64,000 nucleotides of DNA. Source: Amphiscolops sp. MND2022. Its lineage: Eukaryota. The translations under genes were made by a program, and so were the position numbers. Numbering within the stretch: position 1 is the stretch's first letter; each line of letters begins with the position of its first letter. Shown one piece after another: positions 34,469 through 46,060 of the stretch. Under the pieces are notes generated by a model. It did not search any database. It was not told where the DNA came from and saw nothing but the letters and a program-made list of their open reading frames with translations. The DNA is taken from positions 84,074,001 to 84,138,000 of the forward strand of contig OZ076409.1 in the NCBI GenBank assembly GCA_964187785.1. Direction: 5' to 3'.

Positions 34469-35309
34469 TGTTTCCAACAACAACAAATTTATTCTGAAAA
34501 CAATAATGTTAAAACTACTGCAAAAAAAAACAACAATCATTTTGTGTTAAGGAGATTCAGCAGTGACCAGTAGAATGGATGAGAGCTGCTTGCTTGAAGA
34601 AGCGTGTTTTTAATTGATGGGAAAAAAGTTTATAAAAATTATACGTTCTAATGCAAAAATTTTTGCAGTGTGGAAAAAGGGTAGAATTTGCTATGTTACG
34701 TTGATCATTGTGAATCTTGTATAGTTGTCGGGTGGTAAACAAGAGCTACTCTAACTGCTATTCTCAGTCAATAAAGATGAAAACAAAAAAAAATTTTGAA
34801 AAAAAAATTCAGAACAAAATATTGACTGAACCCTAGACATGGGCACATCAAATTCGTCTAATTTTTCGTCCCGAATCTAAATTTTGCATCAAAACGGCGT
34901 TTCTCGTAAAATTGGGGTTTTTCAAAAATTTTGCCCTATGGGGGGATTTTTCCCCTTTCGGAAAATAATTTCTCAAATGGTTATTTTTTGGTCTTTCCAA
35001 TGATATATATGACAATGGGTGTTCGTGATAGTCATTGACAAGTGAAATTTCGAGTTTTAAAATTGAAAAAAAATGACTGAAACTAAGTTTTTCCGTGAAT
35101 CGAAACCATGCATTCATGTTTAAATTTTAATTCCAACCAGAATATGACAAAGATACCTCATTTCAGAATTTTTCATTTTTCTCCACGATAAGGGGTTGTT
35201 GACGTTACAGTTATAAGTAGAAATTGAATATGTACAAAACTAGATTCACATCCATAAAGTGAGTCTTGAAGAATATTAGTGTTAAAAGAAGAAAACTACA
35301 ACTTAGCTA

Positions 35310-36018
35310 TTAGTTGATTTTGGGAGACGCCAATTGAAGAACATCGAGCAAAGTTCGTTCCAAAAACTGCCGAGTGTAGTGAAATTGGTCAGTCATGTCG
35401 ACGCCCCTGGTACGCATCTTGTGCACGTTCAAAGATTTGCACTTTTCGAGCTGTTTCTGCAAAACTTTATCGACCCTTTTCTTGTTCGAATTGGGAAGAA
35501 GTTGATTACGTCTCGCCAGACCAATCACTAGTTTGACACCTTTAGTTCTGCAAACTCTGTTCCAGAGCATTAGTTTTTCCGTAAGGTCTTTAGGTGACAG
35601 TGTTGAAACACTATTGTTCCCTTAAACACATTGTTTCCCAATCAACAATCTTTTTTTAATCGCAAAAAAACTCAATTTTGTTGCTACGGGGCAACAGGGT
35701 TAGGGTTAGGGTTAGGGTTAGGGTTAGGTTTGAAAAAAAAACAAAAGAGTACAACTAACTTGGTGGCATTGTGAGCGAATTGTAGAGAATGTCGGGAAAG
35801 ATAAAGACGAACTGACACTCTGGTCGAGAAAGGGCTCGAAACAACAAGGAGTCAAGTGTAGGTTTTGAAAAGTTTCGTTTAGAAGAGGAGGAGGAGGAGG
35901 AGTATTCATGTCGACCGCCACTTTCGGCGAGAATTTGGATATGTTTATAATGAGATGAATCCTTAATGATTCTAGAAAGATTTGAAGCACCAATAACAAT
36001 CGCGTGCTTTTTTTCCAT
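35310..36018 (-). CDS. spliced SGNH/GDSL-hydrolase-like protein (~190 aa)
   Basis: Exon 1 has IVIGASN (block I variant), ESGG (block II) and LYNS (block III). A phase-1 intron runs 35759-35621 (GTTAGT..TTTAAG). Exon 2 carries DQFHY (DxxH, block V). Confidence 0.6.
35696..35728 (+). repeat. interstitial telomeric repeat, AGGG(TTAGGG)4TTAGG
   Basis: Read directly from the sequence; it lies inside the predicted SGNH-gene intron. Confidence 0.95.
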
Positions 36019-36130
36019 AAAACCTGAAAACAGATGATGTGTTATTTCAGAGTCAGAGCAGAATAGTTTCGTTGACGAAACAAAAAGTGTGAGCACAGAT
36101 AAATACAAAAAAAACATGCAAACAATGAAT

Positions 36131-36560
36131 TTATAAATTATATTTAAGGCAATAAACTTGATAAGAGTTTTTTGTTAAGTTTTTGAGAGCCTGGAGGACA
36201 CCCGCATCGAGTGTACCCTTCCTCCAGGCTCCCAAGCACGCAACAACCAGCCCGTGCTGGTGTTTACGTATCTGCCAAAAGGCAAACACATCCAGCACGG
36301 GCTGGGTGCGGGTCCCCTCAATGTACGCTTGGATCTCCTGCAGCAGAAAAATTGTGAACGGTCATTTTTGAGATAAAACTTCAACGATTTAAAAAAAACT
36401 CAGAAAAACAGAGAAAAAAACAAACCTCGTCTCCGCAAATCATCCGGAGTGTGTCATATGTCTCACTGGAGACGTCGAGAAGACAAGAGGCCCTGGACCT
36501 CTTGTTCTCGACGCCCCAGGCAAAGTGATCCATACTATCTAGCTCCTTCCAACTGAGCAT
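36131..36560 (-). CDS. predicted 2-exon small Polinton gene (~113 aa)
   Basis: ATG 36560; phase-0 intron 36425-36338 (GAG/GTTTGT..CTGCAG/GAG). Exon 2 is open to TAA at 36133-36131. Confidence 0.45.
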
Positions 36561-37573
36561 TTTTGTTGAAATTGTTTGGATCAGAGATTTGGTTAGAAAG
36601 ATAGTATTCCTATGAGGTGTAGTGATTTGGAGAATTTTGAGCACAGAATGAATTTTTTGAGCTCGATAGACTCAACCCTTTTTTCAAGACTCCAAGCACC
36701 TCCTTCGGTTTTTTCCAGTTTCACTTTTATCTGGGAAACATCAAAGATTTCAACCCAGGCACAATTTCCATATCTATTCATTTGGAAACTCGGATAAACA
36801 ACCATATTCACTTTTTAGGGCCCATAAGACCTCGATCAAAGGCTCGGCTATCTTTTGAACCTGCTTTCAAAGTGTTGCAGGGTCCACCTTTATTCCTTTG
36901 AAATTCAGAACCCACCAAATTTGAGTTTCCAAGTGATGAATCAAAGAAAAGACCGACACTCTGTTAATTGGCATTGTTTTTTTTTCAGTTATAATTAACA
37001 AAAAAATGTTGCCTTCACAATTCCAAAACAAATTAGAAGGCATTTTGATTGCTTTTTTTCCAAAAATTTAGCATTTTTTCCCGAAATTTTCATGCTTTTC
37101 TCAGACATTTTAGGTCATTTTGTCTCTTTACAGAATGTGAAAATTCGGTGTAAAAAGAAGCTGGGATGATTTCCATATGCTTGTTGGAATAGTTAATGAC
37201 TGTTTCCATTACGCAAATGAAGGCAATATCAGGGAAATTTGTTCCACAGCAATCACACTTCTAAAGAAAGGTAATATAATCTAAGAGCACATTCATTTCA
37301 AAGTTGCTAGATTAAAAGAATTTTTATTGATTCCATTTCCTTTCATCCCATCTGCGTTCCATTTCCATTCCTAACAAACCACTCCTTCCATTTTTATTAC
37401 TTTCCAGCACGCCAAGGTAAGGAACTTTCCTTTCATTGCCTGAAATACGAACAAAAAATTATCGGGCCTGTATTTTGTTTTCGGATTTTGTTCGGCTCTC
37501 GGTGATTTTTTTTGTTCGGATATGTCATGTTCGTATCGCAAATATTACGTAACGTTTCAGAAAGTTTTGTTGT

Positions 37574-37633
37574 CCATATTTGGTTACTCACTCAACCCCC
37601 CCCCCGCCTATAATGCCACGTACATCTACTACT
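37574..37633 (-). repeat. Polinton right terminal inverted repeat
   Basis: CCATATTTGGTTACTCACTCAA(C)10GCCTATAATGCCACGTACATCTACTACT, followed by the TSD GATTAG. Confidence 0.95.
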
Positions 37634-38270
37634 GATTAGATTCGTGATTACAAAGTGCTACCCTTTCTTCACCGACAACTAAACAGCATGTGTGTGAAGA
37701 AAGTTTTTATGTCCGTTTCTTGATTACGGTTGTTCTCATTTCGAGTGTACGCACCACTTGAAAAAGGATTCGATTGTCTTTATCCCTAAAACAATGAGAT
37801 GTAGCTCAAAGCCAACTGAAAAACAAGGATAGTTTCGACAACATACCACCCATGTAAGGACTGCAAACGTTCTGCCAAGAAACTGCTTAGGTCGAATTTC
37901 TGAGTACCGGCAAATTCTGAAGGTATAAGGGGATATCTCATGGATGACCGTTTCTGATATACCAATTTTGGATGAATTTTCATAATCTACTAAATTAAGC
38001 AACTCTCATTGCCTTCCCGTACTTTCTAGATGCCTAATTTTAATTAACAATTGATCTTTTGTTTGGCAAGATGATTGGGAATCTTATCGGCAGTTTTAAT
38101 TCAGCAGTCTGAATAGGAAAGACGTTAGGAATGACGCAATGGCGCTGAAACGTCGCCTCTTCTTGAAACTGCTTTGTTGCTAAAATGAAAGGATATTGCA
38201 GTTGAGTTGAGTCCTAATTCAGTTTTTAATAAGCCTTAAGCTCTGAGGGTAAATTTTTTTTATTATTGCT

Positions 38271-39891
38271 TGTCGCAACCCTACTATTGCGCTGGACCCG
38301 TGGTGCAACAATAAAAAAACAGAACAGTACGAGGGAAGGGTATGATCACACATTTCAAACTTCCTAAACTATATGAATAAACAATTTGATGTCATGTATT
38401 TTGTATAAATTATTTGAATATTTGTAAAGGCAATTAGCCGATTGGATAATGTCTTACCCCATTCATAATTTACATGAAACCATGGAAGTTACTATTTGCA
38501 GTAGTTCCAAGATGCTAATTTGTGTCATGCGTCACACCTCGTGTAGTATTACAATGAGACTACGCGCATGTGCATTTATCAATGTAAACATCATGCTATA
38601 TTGTACGTTTATGAATACTATGAGTATGCGTCAATATACGCTTTCACGGCCACCAACCATACGTGATGATACGCATTTGTGTTTTCAGTATATGCGTCAT
38701 CATGCGTGATGGAATGATTTATTTAGAATGTGCTGTGTGTTCTCCAATTATGCAATAACATGCGGTAGTGAAGCAATGTACATACGTTAACATACGTTTT
38801 TGATTATACGTCATTATACGTACTTCTGACAACCGTATGTGCGTTAGGATACACTTTTGCTTTCAAATACGCGTATGCTACTATGTACATCATTTAGCGT
38901 TTTCCTTAACACCAATTGTGCGTCAATATGCGTATAAGAGTATGATGCTTATGCGTAAAGGTGCGGTTTCATTGGAAACCCTAGATTTAGCTTTTTGGAC
39001 GTCATGTAACTTCGAATTTGTACTTTATAAATAGTCTTTACGTCATCTGACGCAATTCTATTTATATTTTGAATAGCGATGATGTGCTAGAAAAAGAGTG
39101 TCATGTAAAATATTTTTCTTGGATTGATAAGGAGTGAAAAAGAGAGAACACAACAAAAGTATCCCTCTACGAAGACAGCTGCTTATTTCTTTTCCTAACT
39201 TCGTGACGGTTTCTTTGATCTATTTCCCGTTTGTCTCTTTGATTTGATTTAAAGTAAAGACTTTGAATAAATTCAAATTCTTCCCCAACAATCAAATTAC
39301 CATTTTCGATTGAGCAGAATGGGAAACAAAAGAAACAGGAAGTCTAGAAGATTGAGGACTCTATCTCCTGATGGAAACTTGAGTGAAACACAACTAGAAA
39401 CATCTACCCAGGGTAATGATACATTAACCAATATTGGGTCCAACACACAAGGAACATCAAACGGCGATGAAATTAGGACTCAACTGATAGAACCTAGTCA
39501 GATAAGTAATGAGATCCAAGCATGGACGAATAATTTTGAACAAAAGAATAATGATAGAATTATGAAAATGAGAGAAGAAATGGAGAACAAACTAGATGCT
39601 ATCTTAAAAGAAATAAAGTCTTATAAAAGTGCATCTCTGGCGACAAACTCAAGATCTGAAACGAATGATGTCCAAACATGCAACCATCAGGGTCCAGGTT
39701 AGGTCAGTCTAATGGAGTACACGCATCTTTTGATGAAAATTTAGAACTAGATGATGAAGGTTATCCTCCCCAAACTTCCAAAATGAGAGACCTCAGGCAT
39801 CCAGCTAAATCACCAATGTTTCGAAGCGAATCTGATGTAGACATAACTATACACTCAGACGAAGAGTCTGACCTGTAGGAGGATTATCACA
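38271..39891 (+). repeat. 5' LTR
   Basis: TGTCGCAACC...GGATTATCACA. About 11 substitutions against the 3' LTR by eye. TATA-like TATAAATA at ~39026. Confidence 0.95.
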
Positions 39892-39905
39892 TGGTGACAG
39901 GAGCC
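39892..39905 (+). promoter_or_regulatory. primer binding site (TGGTGAC..., tRNA-Trp-like)
   Basis: TGG immediately follows the LTR terminal CA. TGGTGAC is complementary to a ...GUCACCA tRNA 3' end; the tRNA identity is inferred. Confidence 0.6.
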
Positions 39906-41002
39906 AATAGACAACTCCATACACAAAGTTCGCAAAACTCTCAACCTTTAAACGATCACACTGGACCTCACGCAGAACAAACAACGTCAACACTGGCGGA
40001 TAAACCCCTTGACCCAGTCAACCAAATCGCACTTGCAATTGAGAAATTAGCAAACAAAAACCCCCAACAATCACTTTTTCACCCCAAAAACACATTAACA
40101 TTCAATGGCAAAAACGAGAAAAATGAAAAATTTGAATATTTCGAAGATCTGTTTCATACAACACTTCGAATGCCGCCAAACCTAACCGAGGACATGAAAA
40201 TCAACCACTTTCACGCACACCTCAGAGGTTTAGCCCTAAAAACTTTCAAAAATATACAAAGAACACCAAATACAACACTGGAAGACATCTTAGAAGTCTT
40301 TCGCAGGAAATATGTCAAACCGGAATCCAGTGCATCAGCAAAACACAGATTCATTAGACTTTTCTTTGACCCCGAAAACCAAAAACTACCGGACTTTCTA
40401 GAAGAACTCCAGGAAAGTGCTGAAAAGGCGTTTGGCGACAACGCGCACCAAATGATAGAAAACTTACTCTACGCGAAAATGCCCCCTCACCTCAAAAAAT
40501 CCATTAACCAAGCGTATCTCGAGAATGGAACATACAACCAAATCGTAAAACATCTCGAGAGGGAGATGGAGCTAAACGGTTTGGAGAACGATGAAACTTC
40601 AGTCAAAACCCAAATGACTGTTACTAAAAAAGAGCTAAAACCTGAAAAACCAACCAAAAAGCAAAATGACAAACCTCAAACTCAAAACCCAAAAACGGTA
40701 CCAAATAAGACACTTAAAGACGATCAGTGCCGTTATTGTAAAGAGACAGGCCACATGATGTCCGATTGTCCCAAACTAACTAAAAGACGTAAACTCGAAG
40801 AGGACCCGGATGCAGAAAATTGTCAAAACTGCAACACACCTGGTCATGAAGAAGAAAACTGCTACTTCGGCGCCAATATGGAAAATCGCCCACCAAAATG
40901 GAACCTCACAGACGCTCAAAAGAAAGTCATCGAAGCTTACAAACAAGCTCGAAAACCCATAAAACCAAAAATAGAACGACCCCAACAATCCTCTTCCAAG
41001 GA

Positions 41003-41009
41003 TTTAAAC
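41003..41009 (+). promoter_or_regulatory. -1 ribosomal frameshift slippery site TTTAAAC (gag-pol)
   Basis: The gag frame reads GAT TTA AAC TAG. The -1 frame GGA TTT AAA CTA is the protease/pol frame. Confidence 0.85.
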
Positions 41010-44000
41010 TAGAAACGCCACGCCTTAACAACCAAAACGCCCAAATAAATACAAAACCACAAGACGACTGGCAGCGTCAAGTGGAAACCATAAATATACA
41101 ACTTAAACAACTGACTACAGAACCCGACGACATGCCTCAAACACGTACACACTCAGACAGTAATCAACTTACACAAGAATCCTACTACGACCTCATGAGA
41201 GATGCCCCTGACAACTATTTCTCAGACCACATCCAAACCCCTCCTGCATGCACAGAAAACCTACCAAAAATTCATCACCCGAGCACCTTTTCTTGCAATG
41301 AACAAAAACAACCCCTTTTGGATGAGGACATCACAAACCACATCCAGTTTGACCGGGAACGCAACCTGTCATACCTACCTATGTCAACCTCGCTGACATT
41401 GAAACGAAAATGCCACATGTACTATATGCCAATGGACTTCGAAAAACTCACACTTGATGGACTCATTGACACAGGAGCCCTGACTAGTGCGATTTCTGAA
41501 CAAGACCTCAACAAAATCAAATTGATCGCCAATGAAGCAATAAAAGACACTGGCCCACCGCCAAATTTCCAAATCATGGTGGCCAATGGTCAATTAGAAG
41601 TACCAATAGGCACAGTACTACTCGAATTTGAAGTGGCTGATTTCATGTTACGCGAAAACTTCATCATCATGAAAAACCTACCAAACCCACTCATTGGTCT
41701 CTGCTTTCTTCGCAGAAACAATGCAGTTTTTGATGTCACACAAGGCATCCTAACTTTTCCATACCTCTCAATGTAATTAAAGCCAGATACGCAAACAACA
41801 ACGCGTCAAGCAACGCCTTTATTTGCTGAAAATACATACACACTCCAACCAGGTGAAACCCTTGCTATAGCAAGCAGTATGCCCCACCTGTTAGACCATG
41901 ATGCAACAGGAATAGTCACTCCTTCACCGCAATTCGAAAGCCACGACAGCATTTTCATCACATCGTCACTTAGTACGGTCAACAATAATGCTATCGGGTA
42001 CCAAATAATCAACTTTTCAGAACTTCCATACACAATAGTTTGTGACACCCATTTAGCAGACTTCAAAATCCTCACACCGGAACAAATCAAACATATACAA
42101 CCGGTAGATCCAGCGATGTTGTCATTCATGATACAACATGCAGAAACCACTGAAATCTACATAAATGAATTACTGAAAGTTCCTTCACGAAACCCCGAAC
42201 AAGAATCTTACTGGTTCCCAACACCAGAAGAACCAGGGGATCCTACAACGTATACCCCAATCCAACAACGAATATACAATGAACTCCTTGAGCTCAAAGA
42301 ACTTGAACAACTCAACCCACAAGATGATGCAAAATCAAGAAAAGCTTTCCTCTCGAATTTCGACTGGACTGACACAACGCTCAGCCAAGAAGAGCAGAAA
42401 CAAATTGAAGAAATCCTTATTGACTTTCACGATATTTTTGCCAGACACCGATTCGACATTGGCACCAATCGTGAATTCAAGGTTAAACTCACACCAAACG
42501 ATGATCGACCAGCCTACAGCCAAAGTTTGCCAACACCAATCAACCTCAAAGATGACATTACCGTAGAACTAGCACTTCTACACAAATATGGAATCATTAC
42601 AACCCTACTTTTCTCAAAATACGCTAGCCCAATTTTTGCACAACGCAAACCGAACGGACGCCTCAGATTACTAGTGGATCTCAGGAAAATCAACAACCTA
42701 ATCACTGAAGACTACATCAACAACAACCATCCGGTAAGCACTTTATCGGATGCCGCACAACATATGGCAGGCAAGAAACTTTTCTGCAAATTAGACTGCT
42801 CCCAAGCTTACCACTGCCTTCAAATGGCAGACTACCAATCTATTCAGATGCTTGCTTTCAACTTTGCAAGCCGAACCTTTGCTTACCGCCGAATCGCCCA
42901 AGGGCTTAGCAGATCTCTTTCGGCTTTCTCAAGCTTCATGAGGGAATACCTTGACAAGGCGATCAAGGCCGACCAATGTGCACAGTACGTTGATGACATT
43001 GGTATAGCAGCAAATGACTCACAACAGCTATGCGCCAACATCAAGACGGTTTTTGAATGCATTCGAAACGCTGGTCTAAAACTCACAATGTCCAAATGTC
43101 ATTTCGGAGTCAAACAAGTCGACTTTCTGGGCAGAACAAATACGCCTGAAGGCGTCGCTCCGCAAGCCGACAAAGTCAAAAATTTCTTATCAAAGCTGAG
43201 ATTCCCCAAATCCAAAAAAGCACTCCAAAGGTATATAGGATTTTTAAACTATTACCGCAATTACATCCCGAGACTTTCTGAACGATTATCTCCGTTCTTT
43301 AAACTTCTCAAAGAAACCTCCAAATTCTATGTACCCACGAATCTGGTCGAAGACATCACCAATCTGAACAAACTTCATGAGAATTCTTGCAAACTAGCCC
43401 TAAAACAACCTCCTAAAAAGAAACAACTCATAGTCATGTCTGGTGCAAGCTTTACAGCAGCAGGATACGCCATCATGATAGAAGATGATCCCAGTCAAAA
43501 ACTTCAGTCCAAACGCAAAACATATGCACCTATAGCATTTGGTTCTAAAACCTTCAACCCAACACAAACAAAATTATCAATCTATGCGAAAGAATTTCTT
43601 TCCATCTACTTTGCTTTTGTCGAATTTGGACACCTCATGTGGGGCAGCACATTCCCAATCATAGTGTTCACGGACAACAGAGCGGTTACCCGTTTCTTTC
43701 AAGCAAAACTCATTCCTCCAGCACTCTGGAATGCATGCGATTATGTCCTACAATACAATATTGTCATTGCCCATGTTGCTGGTTCAATGAATACTGCGGC
43801 GGATTTCCTGTCTAGAACGGAAGTCAACCCAGTTGAAAAACTCGAAATGAGCATAAGAAACGATATACAAACGAAAGCGATAGAAGTCAATATACAATCC
43901 TCAGGTATCGTAGAAGAAGAACAAATTTACATCCTCCCTGACGATGAATTTGATGAAAACAAACTTTGGGAGGAAAAACAAAATGTGAGAAATCAGGCTC

Positions 44001-45880
44001 AAACTGAAACTCACAATGACCCAGAAAACAACGTTACTGAACTTCAACAGTTTCACAAACCGACATCAGGCTTAAATACATGCTCCGAAGGACATTTCAG
44101 AGACAATGCCAGAATCAGACTCGAACAAAACAATGACATCGTTCTCAGAAATCTCAGAGCTAAAATCGAAGGAAACCCGTTTGATGAAAACGACTTGGCA
44201 TCTGATTACAGATACCAACATTACCTCCAGAACATAACCAGAATTGAAATCAAGCAAGAGGTTCTAACGAGAAAATACTACACAGATACAGGAACCACTT
44301 CACATTATCAGATTTTGTTACCAACACAACTCCTAGAACAACTACTTCAAGCCCTACATGGTCACAACTCGAACCATCCAGGTATCACAAAGATGATACA
44401 AGAGGTGAGGCAGAAATACTATTACCCGTGCATTGCAAAATACATTAAAAAATGGGTGAGTAATTGTCAAACCTGCATACAAACCAAAAGGATCAATAAT
44501 GACCTTCTCAAAACCGAACTACTTAATTGCCCAGAATGGGACCTCGGCCCTGAAGACGTCCTCCAAATGGACATCCTACCAAATCTTCCACCCAGTGGCG
44601 GATACGACCACATTATAACAGCAATTGATGTCTTCTCGCGATACTTGTTTGCCTACCCAGTGACTCGAATCACCGCAACATCAGTCGCCCGAGTAATAAT
44701 GGACATTTTATGCAAACATACATACCTTCCAACAACCATAATCACAGACCTTGGCACACAATTCAATGCCCAAGTAACACACGAAGTCACAGCAGTCCTA
44801 GGTGTTGAGCTTAAACATGCAACAATGAAACACGCTCAAACAATAGGACTCCTGGAAAGAACACATGCTTCAGTCAAAACCCAACTCAAAGCAGCAACTG
44901 GAGAATTCCGACATAATTGGCATAAATTTCTCCCAATAGCAGTACTAAATCACAACACAACTTATCATGCATCGCTTGGTTGCGAGCTTTCACGAGTTTT
45001 TCATGGTCGCATACCACACAACATACTAGATTACAAGTTAGGATATAATCCTAATCCGAAATATCAACCCCATTCAGATGTCGCAGAAGAAATACAAAGA
45101 AGAATGAGAATACTTTTAGACCAAACCAAAAAGAACATAATGCAATCCTATCTTAAATACAAAGCCTATTATGATAGGAAGGCCAAGGCATCACCGCTGG
45201 AAACAACGGACTACTGCTACATTTTAAATCCGAAAGCTGACACACAGGCAACGAAAATACCTTTCCGTGAATTCAGGTGGCAGGGTCCTTACAAAGTTGA
45301 AAAAGTCCTTCCTAACAACAATTACATAGTTAGAAGACTAGGAACAAACAAAACACAACTCTTACACCGAATTCGGTTGAGGAAATTTACACCGCACGCA
45401 CCTTTAGCTGACATTTTTGTCCGCGAAACCGACTGGCAAAAAGATGATCAAATGCCAGTGGCTCACGATGACTTATATGCCCAATCATGGAACACAAACT
45501 TTGGACCTAATCCCTTCGAAGATAGTCCTCCGAATAATACACAAGACACTGATGTTGTGGAATACCTACCTGTCGATGCACCTGAAAATAACCACCCTCC
45601 CTCCATCGAATTTCCAAAAAACAGTAGGGGGAGCCCAGTGGAACAGTCCACTGAACGTGAAGAAGAAAATTATGATGAAATCCAGCCAGAAATTCAAAAT
45701 GATGATACAGAAACCTCCCAAGAAACTCCAAAAGAAAATACACCAGAAAAACAAACCCAAAAAAGCCCAGAAAACTCACAAAATACCCCATTGCAAAAAG
45801 AACCCATAAATACTCGTGGTGAAAAATACAACCTACGTCCCAACCCCAACCCAAACTTCTCTGACTCGTATAGATACTAA
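41003..45880 (+). pseudogene. pol: Pol polyprotein (PR-RT-RNase H-IN) with one nonsense codon
   Basis: PR LIDTGA; RT KLDCSQAY and QYVDD; RNase H SGAS (expected DAS) and FTDN; IN H..H..CQTC, QMD, ITDLG, LLER, WQGPY. In-frame TAA at 41774-41776. Confidence 0.93.
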
Positions 45881-46060
45881 AAAACTGACAAATGAAGACT
45901 TTTTATCTTTTTTCTCCGGAGCTCTTTTCATTGTTTTTACTGTTGTTGGCTTTAATAATGTGCAACAACTGCTCCTCTAAATACAAGTAGTAACATCAGA
46001 GACATAACAATAACATACAAACAGCAAATACAAAAAACGAGAATTGTTTTAAACAGTGCA

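Larger units (their letters stand above)
19327..37633. mobile_element. complete Polinton/Maverick (polintovirus/adintovirus-type) element, 18,307 bp
   Basis: TIRs at 19327-19388 and 37574-37633 start AGTAGTAGATGTACGTGGC. 6-bp TSD GATTAG at 19321-19326 and 37634-37639. Encodes pPolB, A32-like ATPase, retroviral-type integrase, MCP, penton and adenain-type protease. Confidence 0.97.
39319..41012 (+). pseudogene. gag: Gag, starting inside the LTR; two CCHC zinc knuckles
   Basis: MGNKRNRKSRR... starts at 39319. There is a frameshift at ~39675 (in both LTRs) and a TAG at 39876-39878 (GAG in the 3' LTR), after which the frame runs on into 39891-41012. Knuckles: CRYCKETGHMMSDC and CQNCNTPGHEEENC. 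Confidence 0.8.

Noticed and set aside
36593..36811. 72-aa minus-strand ORF near the right end of the Polinton
   Set aside because: It has a GTG start and no confident upstream exon or motif. It could be a terminal exon, but this is unsupported.
21406..41776. Repeated in-frame TAA codons (pPolB, core protein, protease, Gypsy pol) suggesting stop-codon reassignment
   Set aside because: TAA also terminates the host gene, the pPolB C-terminus and pol normally. Single substitutions from CAA/GAA/AAA explain them, and frameshifts co-occur.
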